This document shows, in pieces, positions 1 through 8,691 of a DNA stretch of 64,000 nucleotides. Made by a program: the position numbers and the translations under genes. The first letter of the stretch is position 1. Every line of letters begins with the position of its first letter. The notes below the pieces were generated by a model. The model saw only the letters and a program-made list of their open reading frames with translations. It was not told the DNA's origin and made no database searches. Source of the DNA: an uncultured Bacteroidaceae bacterium (GTDB lineage Bacteria > Bacteroidota > Bacteroidia > Bacteroidales > SM23-62); contig CAZNPH010000001.1 in NCBI GenBank assembly GCA_964574985.1, forward strand, positions 166,357-230,356, in the 5' to 3' direction.

Positions 1-147
1 AGCGTACGCGGGACCATACTGCCTGATTTTGGAAAATTCATCTTTCATCAATTGGTCCATCAACCATGGCACGGCCATGGCCCCGAGCATCAGATGACCT
101 GAGCGGTTTATGAATCCGCGGCGGGAAAGAAAGTTCTTACTGTTCAT
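1..147 (-). CDS. N-terminal fragment of a Tat-signal protein (gene continues beyond the left edge of the window)
   Basis: Minus-strand ATG at 147..145. Translation MNSKNFLSRRGFINRSGHLMLGAMAVPWLMDQ... has a twin-arginine motif (SRRGFI) followed by a hydrophobic stretch. Too short for the ORF track. Confidence 0.4.
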   Translation of the reverse strand, partial: MNSKNFLSRRGFINRSGHLMLGAMAVPWLMDQLMKDEFSKIRQYGPAYA

Positions 148-290
148 TGGTTCTTGATTTTGTGTTCCCTGAATATATGCTTTAAACCATAAAAATAATT
201 AATAATTCCAAACCAGATATCATTGAGAGTCCGGAACCAGACCTTTAAATATTTGAATAGTTACTTTTTTTCTTCTTAAATACTTTTTAA

Positions 291-337
291 AGGGGGGGTA
301 TATAATTTTTTTATACTTTTTTGTTTTTTACCCCCCT
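291..337. promoter_or_regulatory. Inverted repeat AGGGGGGGTA / TACCCCCCT with a 28-nt AT-rich spacer, in the divergent region upstream of amtB
   Basis: Arms read directly at 291-300 and 329-337. It lies between two divergently transcribed genes, so it is not a terminator position. Candidate operator. Confidence 0.35.
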
Positions 338-343
338 ATTTTT

Positions 344-351
344 TATATTTG
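344..351 (+). promoter_or_regulatory. Bacteroidota-type -7 promoter box (TATATTTG, consensus TAnnTTTG) for amtB-glnK
   Basis: Exact match to TAnnTTTG, 37 nt upstream of the amtB ATG at 389. Confidence 0.45.
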
Positions 352-388
352 CTTCCAAAATATATTATTCATTCCAAAATTCGTTACA

Positions 389-1714
389 ATGAAAAGGTTT
401 TTATGTGTTTCTTTATTCCTGTTGATGCTTTCCGGTACCCGGGTTGCATTCGCATCGGCAGGCAACGAAATTGACTCGGGTGCCACGGCATGGATGCTCA
501 CATCCACCGCTCTGGTTCTTTTGATGGTACCCGGACTGGCCATGTTTTACGGCGGGCTTGTCAGGCAGAAAAGTGTGCTGGGCACCATCATGCATTCCTT
601 CGCCGCCATGGGGATCATGGCCGTGTTATGGATTGTGGTTGGCTACAGCATGTCTTTCGGCAGCAATGTACTGGGAGGCTGGTTCGGCTGGAATCCGGGA
701 TACATTTTCCTTGCGGGGATTGATGAAACCATCATGGAAGCCGGGATCCCGGAATATGTTTTTTCCATGTTCCAGGGGAAATTTGCCATCATCACCCCGG
801 CTCTGATCGCCGGAGCATTTGCCGAGCGTATCAGGTTCAAGGCATATGCTTTTTTCATTGCCCTCTGGGGAATACTGGTCTATAACCCTCTTTGTCACTG
901 GGTATGGGCTGAAGACGGGTTCCTGTTCAATATGGGTGCAGCCGGTGCAATTGATTTTGCGGGAGGAACGGTTGTGCATATTTCTGCGGGAGTAAGCGGA
1001 CTGGTGGCAGCGTTGTTTCTGGGAGCGAGAAGGGGTTATCCTGCCACCTCCATCCGTCCCAACAATCTGGTCATTACCATGCTGGGGGCCGGTCTCCTGT
1101 GGGTGGGATGGTTCGGTTTCAATGCAGGGAGCAGTGTGACAAGCGGACTCAGTACTGCACAGGCACTGACCGCCACACAAACTGCCGCTGCATCCGGTGC
1201 CCTCACCTGGATGATTGTGGAAGGGATCCATCAGGGAAAAGCCAGTGCTTTAGGTTTTGCCAGTGGAATCCTGGCCGGACTGGTAGCAGTGACACCTGCT
1301 GCAGGTGTGGTCCAGCCCGCCGGAGCACTTGCCATTGGAATCATCGCATCCATGATCTGTTATCTGGCCATTATCATGAAAAACAAACTCGGATACGACG
1401 ACAGTCTGGATGCTTTCGGGATCCATGGGATCGGTGGCATTGTCGGAGCCATTTCACTCACTTTCTTCATACGTAAAAGCTGGATGGCAGCTGCTGCTGA
1501 ATCCGCTGGTGGAAACTGGACGATATGGCAGCAATTGGGTGTTCAGTCTTTCGCCGTTCTGGTGGCCATTGTCTATGCGGCCATTGTCACCCTGATCATC
1601 CTTTTCATTCTGAATAAGATCATGCCCATACGGTCCGACAACGGCGACGAAATGAAAGGGCTCGACAGTGCCTACCACGGAGAAAGCGGCTATGGCATGC
1701 TGAATCCCAATTAG
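389..1714 (+). CDS. amtB: Ammonium transporter (Amt family)
   Basis: 441-aa ORF with an N-terminal signal peptide and many hydrophobic segments. Amt-typical stretches are present (AIDFAGGTVVHISAGVSGLVAALFLG, WFGFNAGS). A P-II gene follows directly. Confidence 0.93.
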   Translation: MKRFLCVSLFLLMLSGTRVAFASAGNEIDSGATAWMLTSTALVLLMVPGLAMFYGGLVRQKSVLGTIMHSFAAMGIMAVLWIVVGYSMSFGSNVLGGWFGWNPGYIFLAGIDETIMEAGIPEYVFSMFQGKFAIITPALIAGAFAERIRFKAYAFFIALWGILVYNPLCHWVWAEDGFLFNMGAAGAIDFAGGTVVHISAGVSGLVAALFLGARRGYPATSIRPNNLVITMLGAGLLWVGWFGFNAGSSVTSGLSTAQALTATQTAAASGALTWMIVEGIHQGKASALGFASGILAGLVAVTPAAGVVQPAGALAIGIIASMICYLAIIMKNKLGYDDSLDAFGIHGIGGIVGAISLTFFIRKSWMAAAAESAGGNWTIWQQLGVQSFAVLVAIVYAAIVTLIILFILNKIMPIRSDNGDEMKGLDSAYHGESGYGMLNPN

Positions 1715-1771
1715 TCATTCAGTTCAATACATGACGGATTGTAATCTTATATTTAACTAAAATATTCACCC

Positions 1772-2116
1772 ATGAAACTTATTACAGCAATCATAAGGGA
1801 AACCCAGCTGGATCAGGTACGCGAAGCGCTGATCAAAGCAGAGATCACCAGGATCACAGTAAGTTTTGTATCCGGACACGGACAGCAGGTCAGGGAAGAA
1901 ATTTACCGGGGTACCCGGGTGATCCCGAACCTGATACCCAAAATAAAACTGGAGATCGGTGTCAATGATGAATTTGTTGATATCACGGTCAATACAATCA
2001 TCAAAGCAGCAAAATCCCCCGGAGGAGGAGATGTTGGTGACGGAAAGATATTTATCATCCCGCTGGAAGAATGCATCCGGATCCGCACGGAAGAACGGGG
2101 AGGAAAAGCCATCTGA
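1772..2116 (+). CDS. glnK: Nitrogen regulatory protein P-II
   Basis: 114 aa with P-II layout: MKLITAIIR..., a T-loop region with EIYRG, and a C-terminal GDGKIFIIPLEE. Classic amtB-glnK pairing. Confidence 0.9.
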   Translation: MKLITAIIRETQLDQVREALIKAEITRITVSFVSGHGQQVREEIYRGTRVIPNLIPKIKLEIGVNDEFVDITVNTIIKAAKSPGGGDVGDGKIFIIPLEECIRIRTEERGGKAI

Positions 2117-2156
2117 TATTCGTATCTTTACCCGGTCATACCCCGAATGAACCATC

Positions 2157-3152
2157 ATGATGAGTGATTATTTAAACAGAAGAGAATTCCTGGGCACCAT
2201 CATGGCAGGATTTGCAATGGGCAGCGGGATCATTTCCTGCCAGAAGAAAAATACAGGGGGCATCCCCACCCGTCCGCTGGGAAAAACGGGTGAGGATCTT
2301 TCCATTATTGGTTTGGGAGGCTGGGACATTGCCGATGATCTTTCCGAAAAAGAATCCATATCCCTCATGCACAAGGCAATTGACGAAGGCATCAATTTCT
2401 TTGATAATTGCTGGGAGTACCACAATGGCTATGCCGAAGAGGTAATGGGCAAAGCACTGGCAGGAAACAGCCGGAGAGAAAAAGTTTTTCTGATGACCAA
2501 AGTATGCGGCCGGAGCCGGGAAACAGCCATGCAACATCTTGAAGACAGTTTATCCCGTCTGCGTACCGGCCACATCGATCTCTGGCAGTTCCATGCAATC
2601 CGGTGGGAAGATGATCCCGGCCTGATTTTCGATCCCGACAACGGTGCCATGAAAGCTGCCCTGGAAGCACAAAAGTCAGGAAAAATAAGGTATATAGGCT
2701 TCACTGGCCACCAGGATCCCGTATTTCACCTTGCCATGCTGGAAAAAGAATTCGAGTGGGACTCGGTTCAGATGCCGACCAATGTACTGGACCCGCATTA
2801 TCACAGCTTTCAGAAAAATGTTTTGCCTGTATGTGTTGAGAGAAATATCGGCGTTCTCGGAATGAAAGCCCTGGGAGCACAGAACGGGAGGTTTCCGCGT
2901 GAGCTGAATATCTCTGCCGAGCTTTGCAGAAGATATGCCCTTTCCCTCCCTGTTACTTCTTTGGTCTGCGGGATCAGCTCAAGGGAAAACCTCGAACAGG
3001 ATCTGGCTATCGGAAGAAACTTCCAGCCCCTCAATGAAGAAGAAATAGCAGGCATTCTGGAAAAAACCTTCGTTCCTGCCCAGGAAGGCAGGCTCGAAGT
3101 GTTCAAAACCGGTAACTGGGGCTGCGACTGGCATCACAACCATACCATGTGA
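2157..3152 (+). CDS. Aldo/keto reductase with a twin-arginine signal peptide
   Basis: 331 aa. The N-terminus NRREFLGTIMAGFAMGSGIISC looks like a Tat motif plus a lipobox-like Cys. AKR-like stretches are present (GINFFDNCWEYHNGYAEEVMGKAL, IDLWQFH). Confidence 0.82.
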   Translation: MMSDYLNRREFLGTIMAGFAMGSGIISCQKKNTGGIPTRPLGKTGEDLSIIGLGGWDIADDLSEKESISLMHKAIDEGINFFDNCWEYHNGYAEEVMGKALAGNSRREKVFLMTKVCGRSRETAMQHLEDSLSRLRTGHIDLWQFHAIRWEDDPGLIFDPDNGAMKAALEAQKSGKIRYIGFTGHQDPVFHLAMLEKEFEWDSVQMPTNVLDPHYHSFQKNVLPVCVERNIGVLGMKALGAQNGRFPRELNISAELCRRYALSLPVTSLVCGISSRENLEQDLAIGRNFQPLNEEEIAGILEKTFVPAQEGRLEVFKTGNWGCDWHHNHTM

Positions 3153-3158
3153 TTCCTT

Positions 3159-4835
3159 TTATTCCCGGGGCGGCCAACCGATGTCATCCCAGTCTTCGTC
3201 ATACCAGGGTATATAATCCGTGCCCAGCGCCTTCGTCACGCCAACCAGCCGTTTATACTCCCTTGTCTTCCTGAATCCGTGAACCCGGAAAGGATATGGA
3301 TGCCTGAAAGTGGCAAGAAAATGGTTCAGTATATTTTTCATGCTGTCCAGCCGTCCTGAATATCCCTGTTGGTATGCCAGATTTGTCAGCTCGTATGGGT
3401 CCTCATAGAGATCATACAGTTGATCAGCATCAAAATAATGGGGAAAGAACTCCATTGCAATGGAAGAATGGGACTGTTTAAACGAATTCAAATGGTTGGG
3501 CGCATAATCTATCTTTCCTGATATCATGTCATCCAGGGTCAGGGCGGGATAGTGAAATGCGATGTACTTGTAACGATCACTGATTATTGCCCGCGTGATC
3601 CCGGATTCAGCATACAGGTAATCCCTGATATTCATTGCCGGATCGGTCAACAGAGGAACCAGGCTTTTGCCGTCGAGAATAACATCCTCCGGTGGATCGA
3701 CCCTGGCCGCTTCCATGATGGTAGGAAGCACATCAACACTTTGGACCAGTTCAACACATGCCTGTCCCTCAACCGTTCTGCCCGGCCAGTAAATGATCAT
3801 GGGGACCTTCAGTCCCTTTTCATAACAGGTGGTCTTACCTGGTTCGGTGTTATGATCGGCCATAAAAATGATCAGCGTATTTTCATCCATGCCAAGTTCC
3901 CTGAGCTTATTCAATACAAGCCCTACATGATGGTCCAGGCTGGCCATTCCAGCGGCACGGTGTCGTTCGGATGGTGACAGCTCACTGGTTTTCGCCATGA
4001 AATCTTTCACCGGCAACTGATATTTTTCCAGTTCCGGCATTCTTCCTTCCATGGTATAGGTAATATCGCGGCTCAAAGATGCCGTATGGTTGGGGCCGTG
4101 GACCGATGTGGTGGCCGAATAAAGAAAAAAAGGTGTATCCCTTTGGGCCGCCTCTTCCAGAAAATCGATGGCTCCTTTGGTCATCCAGGGGAAATTGTGA
4201 AAATGCAGGCCCGGGACGCTTCCTCCGTAGTTGCCCCATAGAAGACTCCTTGCCCGGTCAAAACCGGTGATCCTTTTGAGTTGTTCAACCAGTATTCGCT
4301 GATGTTCTGCAAGCAACTGGTCTGCCTCCGGTGAATCAAGTCCAATGTTTTCATTAAGTTCAGGCAGATCAACATCACCCGGTAAATGTCCGGCATGGAA
4401 CTTCCCGTTCATTCCTGTAAAATACCCGTTTCCGGACAGGATACTGGCAATGGTCTGGCTTCCGGGCCTGATCCAGGTATTCCATTCAATTGAATACGGA
4501 CGTTCAGGCGGAAAAACATCCAAAAACACCGGATGGGAGCATCTCCCCGGGTATTTACCGGTCAACACCGCGTAACGGCTTGGAGTACACATGGGAGCAA
4601 CACTGTAAGCCCTGGAAAACCATACACCGTTCAGGGCCAGTGAATCAAGATTGGGTGTGGTCCATTTATCAGCTCCGTATACCCCCAGATACCCAGGATC
4701 CATCTCATCTGAATAAAAACAGATGATGTTGGGCAGCTCCCCCTTTTTGTCCCCGGCAGTACAACCTGCCAGGGAATATGCAACCAGCGAGGACAGAAAT
4801 ATCCGGCTTCCGGATTTACCAAATGATCTATGCAT
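3159..4835 (-). CDS. Sulfatase (Cys-type, formylglycine-dependent), lipoprotein
   Basis: 558 aa with signal plus lipobox (SLAGC). Active-site CxPxR in PMCTPSRYAVLTGKYPGR. N-terminal IICFYSDEMD metal-binding region. Confidence 0.9.
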   Translation of the reverse strand: MHRSFGKSGSRIFLSSLVAYSLAGCTAGDKKGELPNIICFYSDEMDPGYLGVYGADKWTTPNLDSLALNGVWFSRAYSVAPMCTPSRYAVLTGKYPGRCSHPVFLDVFPPERPYSIEWNTWIRPGSQTIASILSGNGYFTGMNGKFHAGHLPGDVDLPELNENIGLDSPEADQLLAEHQRILVEQLKRITGFDRARSLLWGNYGGSVPGLHFHNFPWMTKGAIDFLEEAAQRDTPFFLYSATTSVHGPNHTASLSRDITYTMEGRMPELEKYQLPVKDFMAKTSELSPSERHRAAGMASLDHHVGLVLNKLRELGMDENTLIIFMADHNTEPGKTTCYEKGLKVPMIIYWPGRTVEGQACVELVQSVDVLPTIMEAARVDPPEDVILDGKSLVPLLTDPAMNIRDYLYAESGITRAIISDRYKYIAFHYPALTLDDMISGKIDYAPNHLNSFKQSHSSIAMEFFPHYFDADQLYDLYEDPYELTNLAYQQGYSGRLDSMKNILNHFLATFRHPYPFRVHGFRKTREYKRLVGVTKALGTDYIPWYDEDWDDIGWPPRE

Positions 4836-5040
4836 GGATTATGTGTTTATGCAAATATACCAAAGATCCCGGAAGAACCTGCAATGTTCATGTTCAACAA
4901 TGGTGTTCAGTGCCGTACAACCAAATGTCCGTTTATGTACGTTTTTTACAGGGATAATATACATGTTTCTTTATGCTAACCATCTGTATCGCTACATTTT
5001 AAAAAATATGGTACGATCTGTGAGGTTTATATTATTTAAT

Positions 5041-5158
5041 GGGGGTTCGCCGGCCAGGACCATGGACAGCCCGTGGGAGGCCGGCAACAAAAGAGCATAA
5101 TGTTAGAACCATCATTGTAAAGTGCTGAATATTAAATGATTAATTCAAAATCATTCGG
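5041..5158 (+). repeat. Intergenic repeat family, copy A (GC-rich core plus AT-rich tail, ends at the start codon of the response regulator)
   Basis: Core GGGGGTTCGCCGGCCAGGACCATGGACAGCCCGTGGGAGGCCGGCAACAAAAG at 5041-5093. The tail aligns with copies C/E/F. GGCAAC (5083) lies 76 nt before ATG 5159. Confidence 0.85.
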
Positions 5159-5782
5159 ATGAGAAAACCGGAGGGCAAATTATTGATCGTGGACGATGAT
5201 CCTTACATCATATTAGCTTTGAATGCATTGCTTAAAAATTATTTCGACAAAATCATGTTATTGCAGGATCCGGCCCTTTTGTTGGAAAATATGAAAAAGC
5301 AACGCTATGATATGATCCTGCTGGATATGTATTTCAGACATAAGCAAAATCCGGAAAAAGAAGGTATTTACTGGCTGAGAAAAATAAATAAATTGGATGC
5401 CTCCGTTATTGTGATCATGATCGCCGATTATGTGGAAATGGAGAATGCCATGGAGGCAGTATACGCGGGAGCAACGGATTTCATAGTCAAACCATGGCAA
5501 AACGAAAAAACTTTGTCAACCATAATGGCCGGACTCAAACTGGGCCGTTATAAAAAGATCATGAAAAGAAGAAATACTGCATCCGGGTCAAAGCAACCGT
5601 TGCAAGGCTCTTTCAAAAAACTCAACCTTGCCCATATTGAAAAATGGGCCATCATCAGTTGTATCCGCAAACATCACGGAAACCTGAGCAGTGCGGCAAA
5701 AGAGCTGGGAATTACCAGGGGGTCATTGTATCGCAGACTGGATAAATATTCCCTTCAGGCCAGTGTGGAAGCGTCAAGATAA
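5159..5782 (+). CDS. Response regulator, REC domain plus Fis-type HTH (no AAA+ module)
   Basis: 207 aa. LLIVDDD..., acceptor context DMILLDM, VKPW. C-terminal HGNLSSAAKELGITRGSLYRRLDKY is a Fis-family HTH. Confidence 0.85.
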   Translation: MRKPEGKLLIVDDDPYIILALNALLKNYFDKIMLLQDPALLLENMKKQRYDMILLDMYFRHKQNPEKEGIYWLRKINKLDASVIVIMIADYVEMENAMEAVYAGATDFIVKPWQNEKTLSTIMAGLKLGRYKKIMKRRNTASGSKQPLQGSFKKLNLAHIEKWAIISCIRKHHGNLSSAAKELGITRGSLYRRLDKYSLQASVEASR

Positions 5783-5791
5783 GGGATAGTT

Positions 5792-6832
5792 CTACATCAG
5801 GAATATCTGGCTCTTCCGGCAATGCCGGATCATTTCGTCGGGCCAGATGCTTGCCTGCACCTCCCCTATATGGGCTTTGCGCAGGAAATACATGCATAGT
5901 CTTGATTGCCCGATTCCTCCCCCGATGGACTGGGGAAACTCCCCTGAAAGCAAACGGCGGTGAAACATCAGTTTCTTTCGTTCGGTAGCACCTGCGGCTT
6001 CGAGCTGCTGAAACATGCTATCCCTGCTGACCCGGATGCCCATGGAAGAAATTTCAAAAGCATTTTTCAATACGGGATTCCAGATGATCAGATCACCGTT
6101 AAGCCCTTTCCTGCCATCCCCGGTAGGCGTGATCCAGTCATCATAATCGGGAGCTCTACCATCATGGGGCTTCCCATCGGACAGAACAGCACCGATCCCG
6201 ATGATAAAAACCGCTCCGTGTTTTTCAGTAATCCGGTTCTCCCTTTCCCTGGGTTCCAAATTTGGATATGCTTCCACAAGATCTTCAGCATGGATGAACG
6301 TGATCTCCCCGGGCAATTGGGGTTTGATCTCCGGGTAGTTTTCATACACAAGAAATTCGGTACGTATCAGGACTTCATAAATTTTTCTGACCGTTTCCTT
6401 CAGATAATCCAGCGTCCTGTCTTTTTCGGACATATTTTTTTCCCAGTCCCACTGATCAACATATATGGAATGAATATTGTCAAGCTCTTCATCAGGCCTC
6501 ATGGCATTCATATCCGTATATATGCCGTATCCCGGACTGATCCCGTAATCGGCCAGGATCATCCTTTTCCATTTGGCCAGGGAATGAACCACCTCGGCAA
6601 CTTGATCTTTCATGTCTTTTATCATAAAGGAAACGGGTCGTTCGATACCGTTCAGGTCATCGTTGATCCCGGTTCCACGTAATACAAAAAGCGGTGCGGT
6701 CACACGACGGAGTTTCAGTTCGGTGGACAGACCCAGTTCAAAAAAATCCTTGATCAGTTTGATGGCCTTTTCTGTCTGTTTCAGGTTCAGCAAAGGCTTG
6801 TACTTATCCGGGATGATCAGTTTCATGAGCAT
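5792..6832 (-). CDS. asnA: Aspartate-ammonia ligase (asparagine synthetase A)
   Basis: AsnA-like throughout (LKQTEKAIKLIKDFF...LRRVTAPLFV, QSRLCMYFL). I moved the start to ATG 6832 (MLMKLIIPDKYKPLL); the ORF-track start at 6886 adds 18 unlikely residues. Confidence 0.9.
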   Translation of the reverse strand: MLMKLIIPDKYKPLLNLKQTEKAIKLIKDFFELGLSTELKLRRVTAPLFVLRGTGINDDLNGIERPVSFMIKDMKDQVAEVVHSLAKWKRMILADYGISPGYGIYTDMNAMRPDEELDNIHSIYVDQWDWEKNMSEKDRTLDYLKETVRKIYEVLIRTEFLVYENYPEIKPQLPGEITFIHAEDLVEAYPNLEPRERENRITEKHGAVFIIGIGAVLSDGKPHDGRAPDYDDWITPTGDGRKGLNGDLIIWNPVLKNAFEISSMGIRVSRDSMFQQLEAAGATERKKLMFHRRLLSGEFPQSIGGGIGQSRLCMYFLRKAHIGEVQASIWPDEMIRHCRKSQIFLM

Positions 6833-6975
6833 GAAGTTTGTCGTTTTCGGGCTAACAAAAATAGATGAATTTTCATAACAATCCATCTTTTCGGCAAATC
6901 TCCCACAAGATCCTTGACGGGAATTATTGCTTGAAAGCAGATTTTTACGATTATTTTTTAATTTAGTTGTTTAAG

Positions 6976-7091
6976 ATGCTTATCACCAATTTTACGGCAA
7001 GCCGCCTCATGAAGACAAAAGGGGGTTCGCGGGCCGGCATGTGGACACCATATAACTAAATTAATTACAAATTAATACAGGATTTTTTATC
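6976..7091 (+). repeat. Intergenic repeat family, copy B (5' box, GCCGCC..AGACAAAAG, truncated core; ends at the sulfatase start codon)
   Basis: ATGCTTATCACCAAT...AAGCCGCCTCATGAAGACAAAAGGGGGTTCGCGGGCCGGC aligns with copies C and F. The right half of the core is missing. Confidence 0.7.
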
Positions 7092-8687
7092 ATGAGTGCA
7101 GGCGGACTCCTGACGGTAGCCGGCTGCACCGTTGAAAGGAAAAAGCTTCCTCCTTTGCCCGAAAAGCCGAACATTTTGTTTATCATGACCGACGACCATG
7201 CCTACCAGGCCATCAGTGCCTATGAAGGATTCCTGGCCGAAGCCGCTCCCACCCCCAACATTGACCGGCTGGCCCATGAAGGCATACTGTTCAGAAATGC
7301 TTTTGTGACCAATTCGATCTGTGCTCCCTGCCGGGCTACAATTCTGACCGGGAAATACAGCCATCTCAACGGGATTCCCGACAATCTGACCCCCTTTGAC
7401 ACCAGTCAGCTTACTTTCCCGAAAATCCTGCAGGAGTCAGGTTACCAAACGGCCATGATAGGAAAATGGCACCTGAAAACCACCCCCTCTGGATTTGATT
7501 TCTGGAAGATTCTTCCCGGACAGGGGCAATATTATAATCCGGATTTCCTGACCCCGGAAGGACGCATCCGCATTCGCGGATATGTGACGGACATCATCAC
7601 CGGAGAAACTTTGAACTGGCTGAAAAACAAACGGGACCCTGAAAAACCTTTTATGATCATGTGCCATCACAAGGCACCTCACCGGACCTGGTGGCCGGGT
7701 CCGGATCATCTGCAAACATTCCGGGGTGAAACTTTCCCCAAACCTTCAACCCTTTACGATGACCACCGGAGGATGGGTACCGCCGCCAGGATCGCCAAAA
7801 TGAAGATCATGGATGACATGTCCCTTGTACATGACCTGAAGATCAAGCCCGAAGATCCCCTGACCATCGTGGAAGACGAACCCTGGAGCATCCGCTCGTA
7901 CAAGTTAGCTTACATCCGGATGAACCCCGAACAACGGCACGCATGGGACAAGGCCTATGATCCCATGATCAATGCCTTCAGAGAACAGGATCCTGCCGGC
8001 CGGGAGCTGCTCGACTGGAAATACCAGCGTTACATGGAGGATTACCTGCGCTGCATCCAGTCGGTCGATGACAATGTGGGCAGATTACTGGATTATCTGG
8101 ATTCAAGCGGGCTGTCTGAAAACACGGTTATAGTGTATACTTCGGATCAGGGATTCTATCTGGGTGAGCACGGATGGTTCGACAAACGTTTCATGTACAG
8201 GGAATCCTTCCATACCCCCCTGATTATCAAGTGGCCGGGGGTGATCGAACCTGGAAGCGTGAATCATGATTTTGTGATGAACCTTGATTTTGCCGAAACA
8301 TTTCTTGATATGGCCGGGTTGCCTGTTCCCGGGGATATGCAGGGGGTTAGCTTTTTGCCCCTGCTCAGGGGAAATACGCCGGAAAACTGGCGGAAGTCCG
8401 TTTACTACCACTACTATGAATACCTCGGCGGAGCCGGACACAATGCATTGCCTCATTATGGCATCCGGACCGGAAGATACAAGCTTATGCACTTCTACAC
8501 CATAGGTGAATGGGAATTGTACGATACCGAAGCGGATCCCCGTGAACAGAACAACCTGACGGGTTCGCCCGGAACCGGTGAAACAGTCGATATGCTCAAG
8601 CAACAGCTTAAAGCATTGAGAGAACAATATCAGGTCAGCGGGGATACTTCCCTGTTGCTGGATTATGAAAACAAAACCTTTTTTTGA
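7092..8687 (+). CDS. Sulfatase (Cys-type), putative lipoprotein
   Basis: 531 aa with CxPxR in NSICAPCRATILTGKYSH and NILFIMTDDH. The signal peptide is unusually short (MSAGGLLTVAGC). Confidence 0.9.
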   Translation: MSAGGLLTVAGCTVERKKLPPLPEKPNILFIMTDDHAYQAISAYEGFLAEAAPTPNIDRLAHEGILFRNAFVTNSICAPCRATILTGKYSHLNGIPDNLTPFDTSQLTFPKILQESGYQTAMIGKWHLKTTPSGFDFWKILPGQGQYYNPDFLTPEGRIRIRGYVTDIITGETLNWLKNKRDPEKPFMIMCHHKAPHRTWWPGPDHLQTFRGETFPKPSTLYDDHRRMGTAARIAKMKIMDDMSLVHDLKIKPEDPLTIVEDEPWSIRSYKLAYIRMNPEQRHAWDKAYDPMINAFREQDPAGRELLDWKYQRYMEDYLRCIQSVDDNVGRLLDYLDSSGLSENTVIVYTSDQGFYLGEHGWFDKRFMYRESFHTPLIIKWPGVIEPGSVNHDFVMNLDFAETFLDMAGLPVPGDMQGVSFLPLLRGNTPENWRKSVYYHYYEYLGGAGHNALPHYGIRTGRYKLMHFYTIGEWELYDTEADPREQNNLTGSPGTGETVDMLKQQLKALREQYQVSGDTSLLLDYENKTFF

Positions 8688-8691
8688 ACCA

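Noticed and set aside
5008-5100. Small ORFs inside the repeat copies with a shared GGSPAR..DS...AG(N/S)K(R/K) ending: 5008-5100, 6976-7059, 11194-11313, 38477-38542 and 63751-63897. They superficially resemble a family of GG-leader peptides or RiPP precursors, or uORFs.
   Set aside because: The reading frame is not conserved across copies. The shared 5' box ATGAMMCCC..ATCACCGATC is read in different frames in C versus D/F versus B because the indels are not multiples of three. Copy C has an in-frame TAG after 13 codons. Peptide lengths range from 21 to 48 aa. Conservation is at the nucleotide level, so I treat these as non-coding. Only Ribo-seq could revive the idea.
4723-5100. 125-aa ORF from the ORF track spanning the sulfatase 5' end, the intergenic region and repeat copy A.
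   Set aside because: It is a chimera of antisense sequence to the sulfatase N-terminus, AT-rich intergenic DNA and the repeat core. It has no protein-like features.
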